In this document: positions 62,719-64,000 of the stretch, piece after piece
How the letters are laid out: each line of letters starts with the position of its first letter
Position numbering within the stretch: position 1 is the stretch's first letter
Assembly (NCBI GenBank): GCA_051294375.1
Contig: CM119266.1
Location: forward strand, 12,499,705-12,563,704
Length of the DNA stretch: 64,000 nucleotides
Direction: 5' to 3'
From: Paraspadella gotoi
Lineage: Eukaryota; Animalia; Chaetognatha
Made by a program: the position numbers and the translations under genes
Notes under the pieces: generated by a model
Databases searched by the model: none
Seen by the model: the letters and a program-made list of their open reading frames with translations, nothing else
Told to the model about the DNA's origin: nothing

Positions 62719-62784
62719 GGGGGAATTTCAGTGATGAGCTCCGCCGACGGTGATTTTTTCCGGGCGGCGCTGGGGTTAGAATGA
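62719..62784 (+). CDS. Possible last coding segment of the EGF-family precursor (...GISVMSSADGDFFRAALGLE*)
   Basis: GC-rich sequence emerging from a gap with one frame open to TGA, followed by UTR-like sequence containing AATAAA (~62960, ~63153). The 5' splice junction is hidden in Ns, so the frame is unproven. Confidence 0.3.
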   Translation, partial: GGISVMSSADGDFFRAALGLE

Positions 62785-63603
62785 CGAAGGAGCGCCGGAG
62801 TGACATAAACCCCGAAGTTGGATCGAACCTGCTTTTGTGATTGATTGTGAAAATTCGGGATTAAATCTCGGCGGAGGTGACGAGCGACGAAAACGACGAC
62901 GAAAAACTGGGAAAAATAAGACGACGAATGACGACACGAAGAAAAAGATTCTGATTGTGAATAAATAATTTAAAATGCAATTTAGAAAAATATAATCAAG
63001 AAAAATGCAGAACATTGCTGTTTAATATCTACATTGTCAACAAAATACGAAAACGACGACCATGACGACAATAAGGACAACAACGACAACGACAACGACA
63101 ACCAATCTCCGAGAATTGTTTGGATTTCGTCATTGGAATCTCCAAGGAAGGAAATAAAAGGCTCCGAAGAAAAAGGGAGGATTTTCTCCGACGACGAAGA
63201 CGAATTAGAATTTTCGAAAGAATCGCGCACAAACAAAACGTAATCATTTCCAAACAACGCGATCGAAAGGGGTAAAACCCCCAACCCTCTCTCCCCTCCA
63301 TCCTCTTCCATGCCCCTGTTCCAACCCTATTCTCTGTTTGGGCCCCGTCGTTTCTGGATTTAGGGCCGAAGCACTCAAGATTTCGGCGCGAAATCCAGCT
63401 CGATTTCCTCGAGTCGACTTACTTTTCTTAAATTCCCGTCTTGGTATTTAGCGACTTACTTTTTCCTAACTTACTTTTGCGGAGAAGTTTCTTCGAGGTC
63501 GACATTTATCGTCTTTGCGGATTTTTTTTTTTCTTTTTCGTTTGGCTGAAAATAAGCTTTAAATGTTAAATTCCGAAAGAGGAACATTAAAAATGGTTTC
63601 AAC

Positions 63604-63636
<33 letters not shown>

Positions 63637-64000
63637 CTCTGCGATCAACATGCGCTGACAACTCTCTTTTTCTTGTTCTCACTAAAGCGAGAACGACATT
63701 AGAAAATAGACAAATCGTGGGAGAAATAACAAAAAAAANNNNNNNNNNNNNNNNNNNNNNNNNTTCTCTGCTTCGGGGGGAGGTAGGGGGTTTTTCTTGG
63801 GCGGGGGCGTCTCTTGGAGAGGCAGGGGAGCCTTCTGCTGACCGCATGCTTTCTTTTCTCTCCTTTTTCGACTCTGTTGATTATATTCTTCTTCTTCTGG
63901 TTTAGTTTTTTTTTTTCCTTTGACTGGGCCGACTCATGACCTTCCTCCAATTTTTCGGTTTGAGGAGAGTGAATTGCCGCTTCAGAGCAGAAAGAGAGAA

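Overview
Eukaryotic (animal-like, probably invertebrate; taxon not determinable from sequence) genomic DNA from a gappy, error-prone draft assembly. It has many N runs, dense (CT/GA)n and (GAC/GTC)n microsatellites, no visible CpG depletion and GT-AG introns. Nearly all ORFs in the six-frame track are microsatellite or gap artefacts. The best-supported gene is a + strand multi-exon gene at ~59.2-62.8 kb. It encodes a probably secreted, Arg/His-basic, Ser/Thr-rich precursor whose visible part ends in C-x7-C, the start of an EGF-receptor-ligand-type EGF module that is cut off by a gap. The ~58 kb upstream looks like a regulatory gene desert. It holds a decayed non-LTR retrotransposon split inside its RT domain by two inverted-repeat elements, a 1.44 kb PIF/Harbinger-like foldback element with TAA target duplication, and several RFX X-box motifs. 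There is also a possible minus-strand spliced non-coding transcript and an odd 2 kb island with five short introns in raw-read-quality sequence. Several tandem duplications are most likely assembly artefacts. No prokaryotic-type systems (CRISPR, operons), rRNA or tRNA genes were seen.
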